A stretch of DNA of 64,000 bases from Lama glama (lineage: Eukaryota), in the NCBI GenBank assembly GCA_028534125.1, contig CM052832.1, forward strand, positions 21,764,001-21,828,000, read 5' to 3'. Positions within the stretch are counted from its first letter, which is position 1. Each line of letters begins with the position of its first letter. The notes beneath the pieces are model-generated. The model did not search any database, had not been told where the DNA came from, and was given only the letters and a program-made list of their open reading frames with translations. The position numbers and the translations under genes were made by a program. Of this stretch, positions 14,803 to 28,530 are shown one piece after another.

Positions 14803-14999
14803 CAGAAGTCGGCAAACTCTAGCCAGTAGGTCAAATCTGGCTCATACTGTTTATATATGACCAGACAGCTAATAATGGCTTTTACATTTGTAAAGAGATG
14901 TAAAAATACACAAAGAAAATTATTTGATAGGGATTTTATATGACCCACAATGCCTAAAAAATGTATCTGGCCCATACAGAATACGGTCGCCTACCCCTG
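14803..14999 (+). mobile_element. hAT-Charlie MITE (MER58-like)
   Basis: Terminal inverted ends CAGAAGTCGGCAAAC ... GTCGCCTACCCCTG; internal GCTAATAATGGCTTTTACATTT. Confidence 0.8.
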
Positions 15000-15103
15000 A
15001 TCTAGTCAATCATCTAGCCCCCCCCCCTTTTTTTTAAAACCGTTAAGTAAAAGCTGATTAAACTTTAAAAACGTTGGATGAAGTTAACAATACATAATTC
15101 ACA

Positions 15104-15453
15104 TGCTATGGGCTGAATGTGTTCCATCAAAATTTGAACGCTGAAATCCTAACCCCCAAAAGTGATGGTATTTGTAGGCGGGACCTCTGGAAGGTGAACA
15201 GGCCATGAAAGTAGATTCCTCGTGACTGGGATTAGTGCTCTTATCATTTTGAGGCTCCAGAGAGACCCCTTGCCCCTTCCACCACGTAAGGACACAGTAA
15301 GGTGACAGCTTTGAGCCAGGAGAAAGGCCCTCACCAGAAGGTGACCACACCGACGCCTTAATTTTGTACTTCCTAGCCTCATGAGCTGTGAGCAATACAT
15401 TTCGTTTACAAACTATCCACTGGTATCTTGTTATAGCAGCCCAGAGTAAGACA
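15104..15453 (+). mobile_element. MaLR solo LTR (MLT1A-like)
   Basis: TGCTATGGGCTGAATGTG..CTGAAATCCTAACCCCCAA..GGGATTAGTGC..GCCCTCACCAGA..TTGTTATAGCAGCCC..TAAGACA. Confidence 0.88.
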
Positions 15454-17502
15454 GCACAGATTAACAAAAGTAAAATAACTAGACATGAGCTTCCTGATAC
15501 GAGACATTAACATCACCTGTTGGAAAGTATTCATGCCAAATCTAAACTGTGAGCAAGCCTCTGGATCTAATTTCCAGTGCACAGCAGAAACTGGGGATAA
15601 AGAAACATATTAAATAACAATGAGGATATAGTCAACAAAGTCCAGAATGTGAGAAATGCTAGGATAAATGTAATGGTTTCTTAAGTGAAAAAAGAGAGAG
15701 AGAGAGAAAAAAAAAAAACTAACAAGGAATAGATGAAACACTACTTAAGAGACCATGTATAACATTGGCCTGAACAGATACACTCTCCTAGGAATGACTT
15801 CAATGTCCCTCTTGTCATACTTGTTTCCCTGGAAACCTCAGAGTTAAGATAAATGCAGAATGTTATGTCTGCTTCATCTGCTGTATGAACTGCCCCTGGT
15901 ATTCAGTGAAATGGTATGCAGGGCAGGATCTACTACTTAACAGAATGGTTTAAAAATTTAGTGTGAAATCGAGGCTGAGACTTCGCTGTTGTCAAGGTGG
16001 CATCCACATACCTTGCCTCTTGACCACAGCAACTGAACCACACAAAACAGGTGAGGGCTAAAAGAAGGTGTATTTCATAGGGCAGGGATGCTAGGCTTCC
16101 TGATGGGATGAAGATGCTGTGTCTCCTGCCCTTGGTCCTTCTATGAATTGAAATAAAAGCAGTATTAGATTAAAATTAGCCGAGTCTTGTGAGTCTGATG
16201 GCCAACTTGGACACATAACCAGTGCCATGATGGTGCAGGTCTATCAACCCAAAGCAGTGTGTGGATCTCCTTTGGGTGCTGACTCAAAAGAACCAACTAT
16301 AAAGATGGTTGGGGGAGAAAGAGAGGAAGAATGAACAAGAGCATCAACTGTGAAAGTTTTGGGACTGAATAGGTATTTGTTGACAGTAAAGAATTCTACT
16401 CATTTTATTTTAGGTGTAACAATGGTATTAGATTGGTTTCTCTCTTTTTTTTTTTCCATAAAGGAAAAAGAATGAACAAGATTTTTTTTTTAGAGATAAC
16501 TGATGAATTTACCAATTAAATAATACAATGTCCAGAACTTGCTTCAAAATAATCAAGTTGTGCTGGGGCAGGAAAGGGGGGGCTGAGTGGTGGGAGACAG
16601 ACGGAATATACGGATTGCCTGTTAGCTGATAATCACTGCAGCCCAGTGAGTACGTGAGGGCTCAATATACTACTCTCCCTTTTCTATCTGTTTGAAGTTT
16701 TCCATAATTAAAAAAATAAAAGCAATGTGAAAGAGCAAAAGGTAGAAAAATCAGATACAAAATGAAGGATGACTATCAGTCTATAGGGACACCTACGTAT
16801 AAAGTTAGATGTACCTTTGAACTGACTTGCTGCTTCTATATTTGTATCTATTAAATTTTTTTCATATTATAAAATTGGAATACTAAATATAGTGAATATT
16901 CCTGAGTAATTTCTATTCATAAGACCTCAAAAATAAAATTATCTTTCTTCAGAGAGTTACATTCTTGAAAGAGAAAAATCAGCTGAAAACAAAATAAAAA
17001 GGATGAGCCAAGCCAGTCCTCAATTTTCTGTTACTCTTCAAGAACTAGAGTAACTCGTCTGTATCTCCTTTCTTCCTTTCTACACTTGTTTATTCCTCAA
17101 TTGTTAACTCTATTTTGCTGATGAGTGTTCAAGCAAACAAATATTTACTGAGTATTCACTAGAATGAGGCATTCTGAAGAAAGCGGACAAGAACAGAGAT
17201 AAGTGTGTGGCCTCTTCAGGCCGCTGCTTCATCTCACACAGCCTACATATAAAAAATCGTTCCTCACGTACAAAAATATCAGTGCATTAAATTCTCTGCT
17301 CGCCATTGGCTACTGAAGGGACATCCCAATTCAGCATGCTGAATTTCTCAATTTGTTTTCAGAAAAAGGCAAAAATAAAAGTTAAAAATCATTAGTGATA
17401 TGAAGTAAAATATCTTTTTCTAACATTCTTTTAAGCTAAAAAGGCATGGTCCCCAGATGCTGACTAGTAACTTGAAATACACACTATATTAAGGAAGGGA
17501 CA

Positions 17503-17556
17503 TGTGTATGTGTGTGTGGGTGTGTGTTTGTGTGTGTGTGTGTGCGCGTGTGTGTG
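17503..17556. repeat. Imperfect (TG)n microsatellite
   Basis: Direct reading. Confidence 0.9.
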
Positions 17557-19279
17557 GCACAGTGGGGGGTTGTTTAAGAAAGGAACGGCCCTATGGGTGA
17601 TGGCTTGGACTGGGAGCTCCAGCTCTAGCTAAACAGCCTTAATTAGGAAATACTGACCTTAGATGTCTGTTACAGTAAGTTGTTTTGGAAAGAGTCCTCA
17701 GGCAAAAAGATCACAGATTTTGTTATGTTTTCCACTATAAACAACTTTTTGCTTTCCCCCTGATAAAAACACTGTGGTTTCTGCAGGCAACAGTGATGGA
17801 GCCAAAATGCATGTACTTTTTTGCCTTCAAAAAAGATCTGCTGAATTTACTTCTAGCATGTGGCCAAGAATTAAAGTCATACGTAGTCAAAGAGAATTCT
17901 ATCATGTAGTCAAGAAGAGAATGTGAATTAGCCCCCTTAGGGTGACATCAAAGAACAGGAGTTACTTAGTGACCAGAGTTGTATTTCAGGAACTCCATGA
18001 AAAATGAGCCTTGCTGCAAATATAGACAACACAGTAGAAAAATACATTTATTTTTGAAAGGAATATAGAGTATATTAAAAAACATACCCTTGGTTTCTAT
18101 TACCGTCTTGTAACAACAGCACATCTATTCCCTGTTTCTCTCTTGAAACCCAGACCCAAACTTTCAAAGGCTCCCGAAAATATCCCACAGGCATCCCAAA
18201 CACGGGCTCAAAATGCAGCTACTCATCTTTGTCACACCACTCAGCCTCTTCTCTGGAGCTCCTGTCTGCAAAAGCATCAATGCAATGCCCCACCGGAAAC
18301 CGTGGGCATCACGTCTCCCGTTCCCATTGCTCCCCTTTCCACATTCAATCAATAAGAAAGGCGTGGCAGATTTTTCTATCAAGGGTAGGTACTCATATAA
18401 TGAGAAGAAAAAAAGTTCCTGTAGACTTTTTATTACAGAAATTCAAAACATAATGACAATGTATTTTTTGGTAATACAAGTGTATTAATGAGGAGAATGG
18501 AATTCTTTCTTTGTGGGGGAAAATATTCTAACTTTGAACCAAAATTAAGTAACGTCTATCATCAAAATCAGTTACAAATGTTCATCTGTTAAGACTGATA
18601 CGTGAAGAGATTTTACTCATTTTATCTTTGGAAGTGTCTTTTCACACAGATAGTTAAGGGCAAATGCAGACTGCAAGCCACAAGCATGACTGTAACTGAG
18701 CACACCCATCACCTGGAAGGCGTCTACAGCACTCTTTCCTGGCATTTGCCTTTTAGCATGTCATTACAACGCAGACCACTCACTTCCAATGAAGGTTAGG
18801 TGGGACTTCCTCACTGAACACTCAAATGGATTTTGAAGCTAAGGAAATTTGCTTAGTCAGTTAACGTGTGGAACTGGGTGATTGAAAACAAACAATCACA
18901 CCTATGTGAGCCCTGAGTGCCTATCACGTGCCAGTAATTGCCAGAAGAGGCCTGGTACAAGCACCTCAAAACGATACGTGCACACACACACACAGAGCTA
19001 AGGAGAGGAAAGCAAATGAAGGTGTCCTCTGGTAGTCTGTTACCAGCAAAATGAGATCTTGCTTATGCTTTCTCTCTTAGCTTTCTTTTTTGTCTCCCTA
19101 CTGATTTTTTTTTCTTCTTATATTCTAAGGAAGACATCAGGGTGGAAGGGTAAAATAGAATTTTTTTAATGGAAAAATGATAATTAAAACATGATAGAAT
19201 TCCTATTAAGCATCAAAAGAATTAAAGAAGCTGGGCATGGCAGTTTGAAAAGCATTTGATACATACACTTTTGTATGCA

Positions 19280-19662
19280 TGTATACGTACATCGCTGTAA
19301 TAAAGAGAGTGAACACATATACATCACCCCCAAGTTTCTGTGGGCCATCCCGGGCCCCATCCCAGACCTCCTGCTTCAGGCAACCACTGATCTGCTTTCT
19401 TTAATAGATTTATCTGCATTTTCTCTATTTTTATATAGATGATACAATGCAGTATGTATTGGTTCTGCCTGGGTTATTTCGCTCTGCATAATTCTTTTGA
19501 GTCTTACTCACACTTTCGTATGTATGAAAAGCTAATTCCTTTATTTTGCTAGGTAGTATTCTATTGAATGTCTGTCTCACAGTTTTTCCTTTCATCGGAT
19601 GATGGATGCTGGGTAGATTCTAGGTTTAGGTTACTACAAATAAAGCTTCTATGATCATTTGA
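19280..19662 (-). mobile_element. L1M 3' UTR fragment
   Basis: AGGCAACCACTGATCTGCTTTCT, CAGTATGTA and TTACTACAAATAAAGCT match reverse L1M 3' end. Confidence 0.7.
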
Positions 19663-20589
19663 TTTAAAAAAAAAAAACAAAAAACATGGCAGCAACAGCT
19701 TCCTATGCATACACCAATCCAACACTTCCGGCAGGGCTGGGTGCTCCTAGAAACTGCAGGGATTCATGCTGATTTTCCACCAGCACACATCCTCACAGTC
19801 AGCCCATGCAAAAGAGGGATCTTCAGTTCCTCCAAATACACGGCTAAGATGATTAAATGATGAATCTGAAGACCTGATTATAATTCTAGTGCCTATTCAG
19901 ACAGAAAAAATTAAATCTAAACGAATCATTATGAAAAAGTAGCCACATACTCTTAGACTTCTTCAGTTTCTATAGGTACAAGTTCCAAAGCGCTAATTAT
20001 TTCCTTATGCAAAAAGGAACAAGAAAAACTGCAGGGTTGGTGTGCACATGTGCACATAGATAAGAGGAGCATATAGGCATCAGCTTAATTATAAGCCAAA
20101 CCCTTTCTCCTGTGACTGTGACATTTTTGTTTCAGCCAGATTCCACCGGGGCCTATTTTCACATCTGGCAACAACAGAATACTTCCAGAAGTTCTCTTCT
20201 GATCAACAAATGGTGACTGGCAGGAATTGCCAAAGTGAAAGACAGTGTCCTTTAATGGGAAGTGACACCGAGTAATCAAAAAGTTTTATTTAATAAATCA
20301 AATCATGACATAAATCCTGCCATGTAACTGTCTTACTATTCATCTCATATTACTTAGAGGTGACAATGTTCCATTCACTACTAAGGATAAATTCACTAGT
20401 GCTTCATTTACTCTGGGCAACTGTGCCAAAGCTCAGATCTTCTCCAATATACAGATCAAAACACATCTCCCTCTCTGTCCAGATGATTCTTTTCCTACCT
20501 AAATGAGGTATAAACCCTTTTTCACAAACTTCAATCTCCTACCTTGATTCTCCATCTAAATATTTAATGTATTTTTTCCTTCTAGGACC

Positions 20590-22470
20590 TATTAATTTTT
20601 AAATAACTGCCATACAGTAAAACAAATATTTGGAGAGTATACAATTGAATGAATTTTAGCACATGTATAGACACATAGAACCACCACGACAATAAGGATA
20701 CAGGAGAGTTCCATCACCCAGCACACTCCCTCTCACTATCCCCTTACAGGCACACCTTCCCCACCTCTACCTGTTGGAAATCACTGACATCTCCATTACC
20801 ATCATTTTCTCTTTTCCTGAATGTCATATAAATAAATCATGCTTCTGAGATTCATCCAAGATGCTGAGGGAATCAATTGTTCATTATTTTTTAGTGCTCA
20901 GTACTATTCCATTGAATGTAACAGTTTAACTATTAATTCAGCTATTGAAGGACATATGACTTGTTTTCAGTTTTGTACAATTAGGAAGGAAGCTGCTAAG
21001 AACATTTGTGTACAGGTTTTTCTGTGAGCATAAGTTTTCATTTCTCATAACCAGAAGAGGGATTACTGATCACAGGTAAGTTTATGCTTAAGTTTTTAAG
21101 GAAACTGAAAAGCTGTTGTACAAAGTACTGTATCATTTTGCATCACCACCAACAATGCCTAAGAGTTCCAGCTGCTCCACATCCCTGCCAACACCCGGCG
21201 CTGTCAATACTTTTAAATGTTAGTCTAATAGGTGAGTTGTTGTATTCCTAGTGGTAATGATGCTGAAAAATTCTGTATGTGCTTATCTGCCATTTGAATA
21301 TCCTCTTTGGTGTAGTGCCTGATGAAGTCTTTTGAGCATTTTTTAATTGGCTCGTTTCTTTTCATACTGAGTTTTGAGAGGTCCTTATACATTCTGACAA
21401 AAGTCCTATGTTTGGGTATGAAAATGCTTTCTCCCAGTTTGTAGCTTGCTTCTTATTCTCCTAAGAGTATCATTCAGAAAGCAAAAGTTGTTTACTTTGA
21501 TGAAGTCCATCTTTTGTCCTTTTTACCAATCGGACTTTGGACACCACATCTAAGAACACTTTGCCTAACCACCATTAGTCACAAAAATGTTCTCCTTCGT
21601 TTTCTTTTATAATTTTTAAAATTTAAAATTTTGTATTTGGATCCTTGATCTCTTTTGGGTTTGTGTGTGTGTGTGTATACATGTATGGTTTAGGTCAAAG
21701 TTTTTTTTTTCTTTTTTCCTATGGATATTCAATTGTTCCAGCACATTTTGATGAAAATACTGCTTTCATTCTTCAACACACTAGGCACCTCAGTCAAAAA
21801 TCAATTAGCCAGTTTGTGTGGGTCTATTTCTGGACTTGCTGTTCTGTTTCCAATGACTTATTCATCTATCTCTTTATCATTACAACACCATCTTGACTGC
21901 TGCTACTTTGTAATAAGTTTTAAAATAGGTTGGTATGATTCCTCCAATTTTATTCTTTTTTCAAAACAGTTTTGAATAACTAATTCCTTTGTCTTTCCAT
22001 TGAAAATAGAAATTTAGAATCAGCTTGTCTGTATCTACAAAAAAAAATCCAATTGGAATTTGTACTGAAATTACTTTAAATCTATAGATGAACTTGGGGA
22101 GAATTTTTATCTTTAATATGTTGAATCTTCCAATTCATAAACTTCACATATTATTTTTCAGGTCTTCTCCAATTTCTTCTGTTTTACAGTCTTCAAAATA
22201 CAGTTCTTATACTTGATTTGTTAGATTTACACCTAAGTACTTAATTAAATTTTCTTAGAGCTACTGTGTAAAATATTTTTTTTTTAACTTTCAGTTTCCA
22301 ACTCTACATTTCTACATAGTATTTAGAAACAGGATTGATTTTTGGTGGGTGTATACCGTATCCTTGCTAAACTCATGAGTTTTAGGAGTTGTACCGTAGA
22401 TTTCAAGGCACTTTCTATGTAGGTAATCATGTCATCTGTGAATAGGTATCGTTTTATTTCTTCTTTCACT
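20590..22470 (-). mobile_element. L1 (L1MC/MD-like) 3' portion, sense to CDKAL1
   Basis: GAGTTCCAGCTGCTCCACATCCCTGCCAACA, TATGGATATTCAATTGTTCCAGCAC, GTGGGTCTATTTCTGGACT and AATCATGTCATCTGTGAATAG. Confidence 0.88.
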
Positions 22471-23494
22471 TTCATACAACTGACCCTTGACACATCTAAT
22501 ATTGACTCCTTTATAAAGAACTCAGATAGTTGCCAGTCTTAGATGCCATGTCTATAAACAGGGTGACTCTCAGGGGTCAGTTGCAGTGGCCACGTTGCTG
22601 TTAACGACCCACAATCTACTAGTTTCTAGTCTCCTACCATTGCTCTTGGAACTTGTGCTGTCACGATCCTAGCACATCTGACATATAAGCCCATCCAACC
22701 AGCAACCAATCTGATATTCAAGTGGTATATGCTTTACATGAGAAAAACACAACAATATGAGAACTCTATTACACACTTATTGCTGGTTCTTTTAAAAGAA
22801 TAAGCCAATTTTCTGTAATTTATTCAACATAAAGCAAACTGAGCAACAATTCTTAGTAAAAACTGAAGTTTATGCAACATTAAGGAAATGTGGAGTAAAA
22901 AAACAAGTGGCATGAAAATGAAGTCAATCAATGACACTCCTTAGATAAGAAGTAAGCTTTAAAAAGGCTATTAGGAGGCCTGATGAAGTGAATAAAGTAG
23001 TCTTTCTCAATCAGTGTCCCAAGATAGCAGCTTGAGTACTACAAAAAATAATCTAAGTGATCATTTTCTCAATTCTCTCAAGAATGGTACACAGCTATTT
23101 ATCAATCTAGATGCCCAGGAGAGAAGTTAATTTGTTAACCACCATGAGTGCCTAGAACATTCAGATGTAAGTTTAGACTTAGTTTTCTCAGAGAACATAC
23201 ACAGAGAAAGGCTGGAATACATGGTCAAGACTCAGGAAACAGCAAGAGAAAGCTTTAGAATGAAAACATACCATTACTGAGTCATAAAAACTTTTTAATT
23301 GAGCGCTCCCACATGCTAGTCACTGTTAGGTGCTAGAGATATGAACACACAAAACTAAAGGAATAAATTTGACAAAGAGTAGAACCAGAAATACTGAGGG
23401 GAAAGGCAAATAACGAGTGACATGTAGAGGAACACAAGGAGGTGTGAAGTCTGGAGTTCTGGTAAAGGTTCTCACACATCAAAAGAGAAACTTA

Positions 23495-23646
23495 CAGGGA
23501 GGATGGTATAGCTCAGTGGTAGAGTGCATGCCTAGCGTGCACGAGGTCCTGGGTTCAATCCCTGGTATCTCCATTAAATATAAATAATTTTTTAAAAAAC
23601 TTAATTACCCTCCCAAAAGAATTTAATTAAAAATAAATTTTAAAAG
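23495..23646 (+). mobile_element. tRNA-derived SINE (camelid vic-1-like) with 11-bp TSD
   Basis: GGTATAGCTCAGTGGTAGAGTGCATGCCTAGCGTGCACGAGGTCCTGGGTTCAATCCC and an AT-rich tail; TSD AGAGAAACTTA at 23484-23494 and 23647-23657. Confidence 0.92.
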
Positions 23647-24684
23647 AGAGAAACTTAAGTCTCAATAGCCTGTTTATCCCATGTAATCCAATTCGCTTAG
23701 TAGAAAGAGTCAGTGTTTTCCATTGTTAATTCTCCAAACATTAGTGACCAAAGTGATAATCATTTTCTATGTTTCAATCTATACATAATTCAATACAAGG
23801 TAACATAAAATATCATCTTTATGATGTCTTGCAGACCACAAATGCTTCTAATCCTTCCATCAAGCTCTAAAACCCTAAAGTGTGAAGGCCTACCACCTGT
23901 CAAGAGTGGTCTCTCTGTTTCTCATGAACTAATTTCTCCTACAAGTAAGTGTGATGTGTGGGCCACCAGACTTCGGGCTGTTAGGCCCAGTGGCCCTCAG
24001 TTTCATCATCTATGAAAAAAAAAAAGATTTTTAAACCTCTAAAATCCTTTCCAGCTCTAACAGTCTCTGAATATATGAGTCTGCCAAAAGGATTTTTAAT
24101 TACCCAAGAATAGATTCATATTAAGAAGGTGTGTGGGCAGTTGGTATTTGGCCATGGGGCTACAAATAAAAAAAAAAAGGAACTTATTAAATAGTTTGCA
24201 AAGTCTATCCCTAATTAAAAGGTTTTTTTTCCCATTCCTTATTAAAAAAAAAAAAAGGACTCAGACCGTTCTCATTAGTTGGCAAAAGATCTTAGACAGT
24301 ATATAACCCATTAATACATAGCTTAAATCAAACTGCTGCTCACTACACAATCATGTTGCTCTACAATCTATCCAAACATTTGGCAAGGAAATGTTACAAA
24401 GAACAAACCATATATTTACAATAGATATACTTAAGTTCAACTAGTTTTTTCTCATCCAGTATACCAAAATAAAGAGGCTTTTAATAAAACATAATTATAT
24501 AAAAGCCAAAGATATGGGTTCTAGGCTGCCTTCCTTCCTCCCTTCCATTCACTCAAAAAAATGACTGAATGGTTCCATAATTTGATTACTCAAGTGCCTA
24601 TGTCATTTTAGAAAGAATAAACATTATACATGGATAATAAATAAGTAAACAGAGAACACAGTCTAATTAAAAATGGTGATAATG

Positions 24685-24908
24685 ACAGCAATCACTTATA
24701 TATTAATTATATTTGTCAGATGCTATTCTAACCTATCTATAGATATTCTTAATCCTCACAGTAAGCCTTTGAAACAGATTATTTTAATTATTATTCCTGT
24801 TTTAGAGATGAGAAAATTGACAAAGGAACTTGCCCAGAGTTACACAGTAAGCGCTGGAGCCAGGATTTAGATCCAGGTAGTTTGGCTCCAGAATTATACT
24901 TAACACCA
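24685..24908 (-). mobile_element. MIR SINE
   Basis: TTAATCCTCACA..TTTTAGAGATGAGAAAATTGA..ACTTGCCCAGAGTTACACAG..GGAGCCAGGATTT. Confidence 0.8.
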
Positions 24909-27900
24909 GGCCAAATGGTCTTCCACATTCAATATAGGAGGCTGCAAATTTTAGCTGTATCTATACTAATATGGTAGCTCTAGGCACATTATTTAATCTC
25001 TTCAACCTCAGTTTATATAAAATGAGAATAATAATGAAGACTTCATAGTGAAGTAAAACATGTAACCTCCTTGTTGTTTTAGCATTGTAAATGACAATGT
25101 TTTGGAAAACAATTTGAATTTATATTCCAAGACTCATAAAAAGGGTCTTAACTCGACATTAATTCTTCTGCTTCTGTAAATTCATCCTAATGAAATATAT
25201 TTGAAAATCTATGCTTTTTAATACGTGGTAGTACATGTTAGACATGCCAAAGTTAACTGCAGTTAAGACCATCAGAACAGAAAGCAAAAAAGACAAAGGT
25301 AAATTTATAAAGTATTGGGTTCTAAAAAGAATGGATAATCCAGTCTAGATCACAGAAGCTACTTTTTGGCTGTCATTACTATAACTCAATTCAGGAAAAA
25401 AGTTCTGCCAGGGTCCACTCTCCAAAAAAACAAAAAAACAAAAAACGGAAAAGCACACTGATAATTCTGTATCAGATGCAGAGAAGAAAACAACACACTG
25501 GTGATACTTTTAAGACCAAACTATTCCAGTAATCAAAGTATCCTGATGGTAATGGCACCTTAAGAAAAGGCAGGACATACAGAAGATGGAAGATGGGAAT
25601 GGGAACAGAACACAGCAATAATTTAAAGAAAACAGATTGCAAGAGAAATCAGAAAATATAGACATGAGAGGATCACTTAAAGTTGTCTAAGAACCATTAA
25701 CATATAAGCAGAGTGGTACTGGGATGAAGAAAATAAATTTAAAAAGTAGCAAGTCATACTGACGCTGATTCAAATATATATTTATAAAGTTTATCAGGAA
25801 AATCTTCTACATATAAGTCCTGGTCACAGTTGGATCTGAAATTAGGATATGCAAAAATAATATAATCAAGTTAAAAATCAAAAAAAGAAGAAACCCTGAA
25901 ATATTGACATTATTCTTTCTTCCATCATTCACCTTTGAAAATCTGCCACAGAATTTAAAGTTAATGGAGTATTAAATTATGTCAGTTTACATTCCAAATT
26001 GAAAATCTGGATAACAAAGCTAAATAAAATTAAGAAAATTAATCAATCGATGTATTACTGTAAAAATGTAAGTGCACTAAATATCTAAGTGCCTGTCAAC
26101 TCCGTTACACAGAAGACTCACATTAAGTGAACCACTGTGTAGCAACCACTAGGCATCACTAATTACCTTCAAAATTTGCCTTTAGCAGCAGCAGAATCTC
26201 AAGTCCCCACCCTCTCCTCATGGGCACTGGACACAGATAGACATCTTTGTTTCAAAATGTAAAAAAAAACTTCAGAATTGTGTTTGTCTTTATTGTTATT
26301 GCTTTGCCTCTTACTTTTGCATGTGATTGAGAATTAAGGCAGGAAAATGAAAAAATAAACCTCACGGTAGAAATAAGAAGGAGAAAGATGTTGGAGTAAG
26401 CAAAAAGGGACCTTAATAATTCCATTCTTTGGAGGTGAAATCAGGTGTTTATTAATTTAACAGAATAGGCACAGAATCAACATTTCAAAAGATGGTGGGT
26501 GTCCTGAAGTTCACAGTGAGAACAATATGTGGCAGTGATGACTGAATTCTCAGCAGCAATCAATTACCAAAGGGGGGCCCCCAGCTGCCCTGTTACATAC
26601 ACTGCACACTATTGTTGTACAAGCCTATTTTCATGCGTCATATATAGTATCAGTCTTATTTTATTCTTTCTCTGTATTTGTGGTCATTTCTAGGTATATA
26701 ACTCTAAGTCTCACACATATTCTTTTAAAAACCGGATGATTATTATATTCCATGAAGAATGAAACAGAGTCATTTACCAGTTAACTAAACTACACTAGTG
26801 ATAAAAGACTCATGGGGGTTGTGATAAATTAGGTAAGCATTATTTTTTTATTGCACTTAGCAGAGTATCTTATACATATATAGATAGTAGGTAAATGTTT
26901 GCTGAATAAATGAGTGAGTGAGTAAAGAAGAAACAAATGAATATATGAACAAGCCAATGAACACAGCAGTCAACCACCAATCTTGTTTGGGGATAGCTTC
27001 CAATCAAAAGGGCAACTGGTCCTAAATAAATAAATTCATCCATACATACCTTGTTCTCATAAATTTATATAGATGTGGGGGGCACGGGAGAGAAAAACAG
27101 AGATGGGAAAAGGGAAGCAGGGGAGCAAGACAACAGAATAAAAATACCATCTCAGACAGTTTATGATTTTCTCGAGAGCAGTAATGGAACAGTACATAAA
27201 GGTACTTTATAAGGTAGAAAAAACCTCCTAAATCCCTATTATCTCTCACTATTAATATTTACGTTAAGGTCAACCTAAAAAGAACCACAAAAATATACAT
27301 CACAAATCATAGAGCTACATACATTGTTTAAAAATAGAAAATAGGATTTTAAAAAATGACCTTGCCTTAAACCCAGTTTCCTTAGTGGATTTACAGAAAA
27401 ATAAGACATCCCTCAGAGACTACCTCATCAGATAAAGTAAATGAGGTCTTAACTATATGCACTACTGCCTTTTCAAAAAGCCAAAGAAAACATTCTGCTT
27501 TGTCAGGGTTAGAAAAAACAAAACAACTGGTGCTACCATGCTGAGATGTAGCAAAAGAAAAAGCAAAGTGGTTTCAGAAATAAATATGAGATATACATTA
27601 TTTTTGTAGTGCAAAAACTGACAGTCCTTCGTCCACAATCACATGTGCCTCCAATTATACCTAATTTCAGTTGGGCAACACAGTTCTGAGGTTTTTTCCC
27701 CCTTCCTGATAGGGCTTGAAAACAAGTTTCCTTGAAGCAACAAGAAAATTGACAGATGGTAGCTCTTTGGAAAAAACCACTCAACCACTTCTGCTGCGCC
27801 CTTCCACGTGCATCCTAACTCAAGGACTGGTTTGAAAAAAAAAAAAAAGACCACAAGACAGGAGGGTACAGTAATCAACCATCTCTAAACCTGCATGAAT

Positions 27901-28149
27901 CAGCAGTCCTATCCTTTAAGCATCATAATACGAAATTCAGATTCCACTCCACTGGATAAACTTAATGCATCTTAAGACGCATCTGAGACAGTACAATGTA
28001 AGAAAATAGTACAATATAAGAAATTTCTCTTGTAAAAATCTGGGACCTATAGCCTCTTTGGGGGAGTTTAGTAGGCTATCCCCTAGATCACTATCAAACT
28101 TTAGCTCTAACTGGCTTTCAACTAACTAAGCAAATACAGTTTCAATGCA

Positions 28150-28530
28150 AGGATAGAACACTGGGCTAGAAGCCAGCGACTCTGTGGTTTACTGGAAAAA
28201 GAACTGGTTAGATGATGTGGTTCAAGTCACGACTCTGCCACTTACTGCTCCGTGGTCTTAAGCAAACTGAAATCTAATTAAGCCGGAAGTTTGTCCTCTG
28301 TATAGTTCTGACAGTAACAAACTTAATAATAATTATATTAAACAGTTACTATGTGCCAAGCATCATGTTAATTACTTTAAACAGATAATCTCTTTAAATT
28401 CTCACAACACTATTCTAACCATTTTACAGATGAGAAAATTGAGGCCAACAGAGGGGCTGAATAACTCGTACAATGACACACAGCAAATGAGAAAACAATG
28501 AGGCCAAGTGTGAACCCCAGCAATCTCAAA
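28150..28530. mobile_element. Two opposed MIR fragments
   Basis: CTCTGCCACTTACTGC (plus orientation), followed by TACTATGTGCCAAGCA..CCATTTTACAGATGAGAAAATTGAGGC (minus orientation). Confidence 0.7.

Larger units (their letters stand above)
14400..16720 (+). mobile_element. L1MC/L1ME-like 3' UTR interrupted by MER58, MLT1A and an LTR-like insert
   Basis: L1M 3' motifs (TTAAGAGAC...ATCAACC, TTTAGGTGTAACAATGGTAT, TTGCTTCAAAATAATC, GTTTGAAGTTTTCCATAATTAAAA) continue across the nested inserts. Confidence 0.65.
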
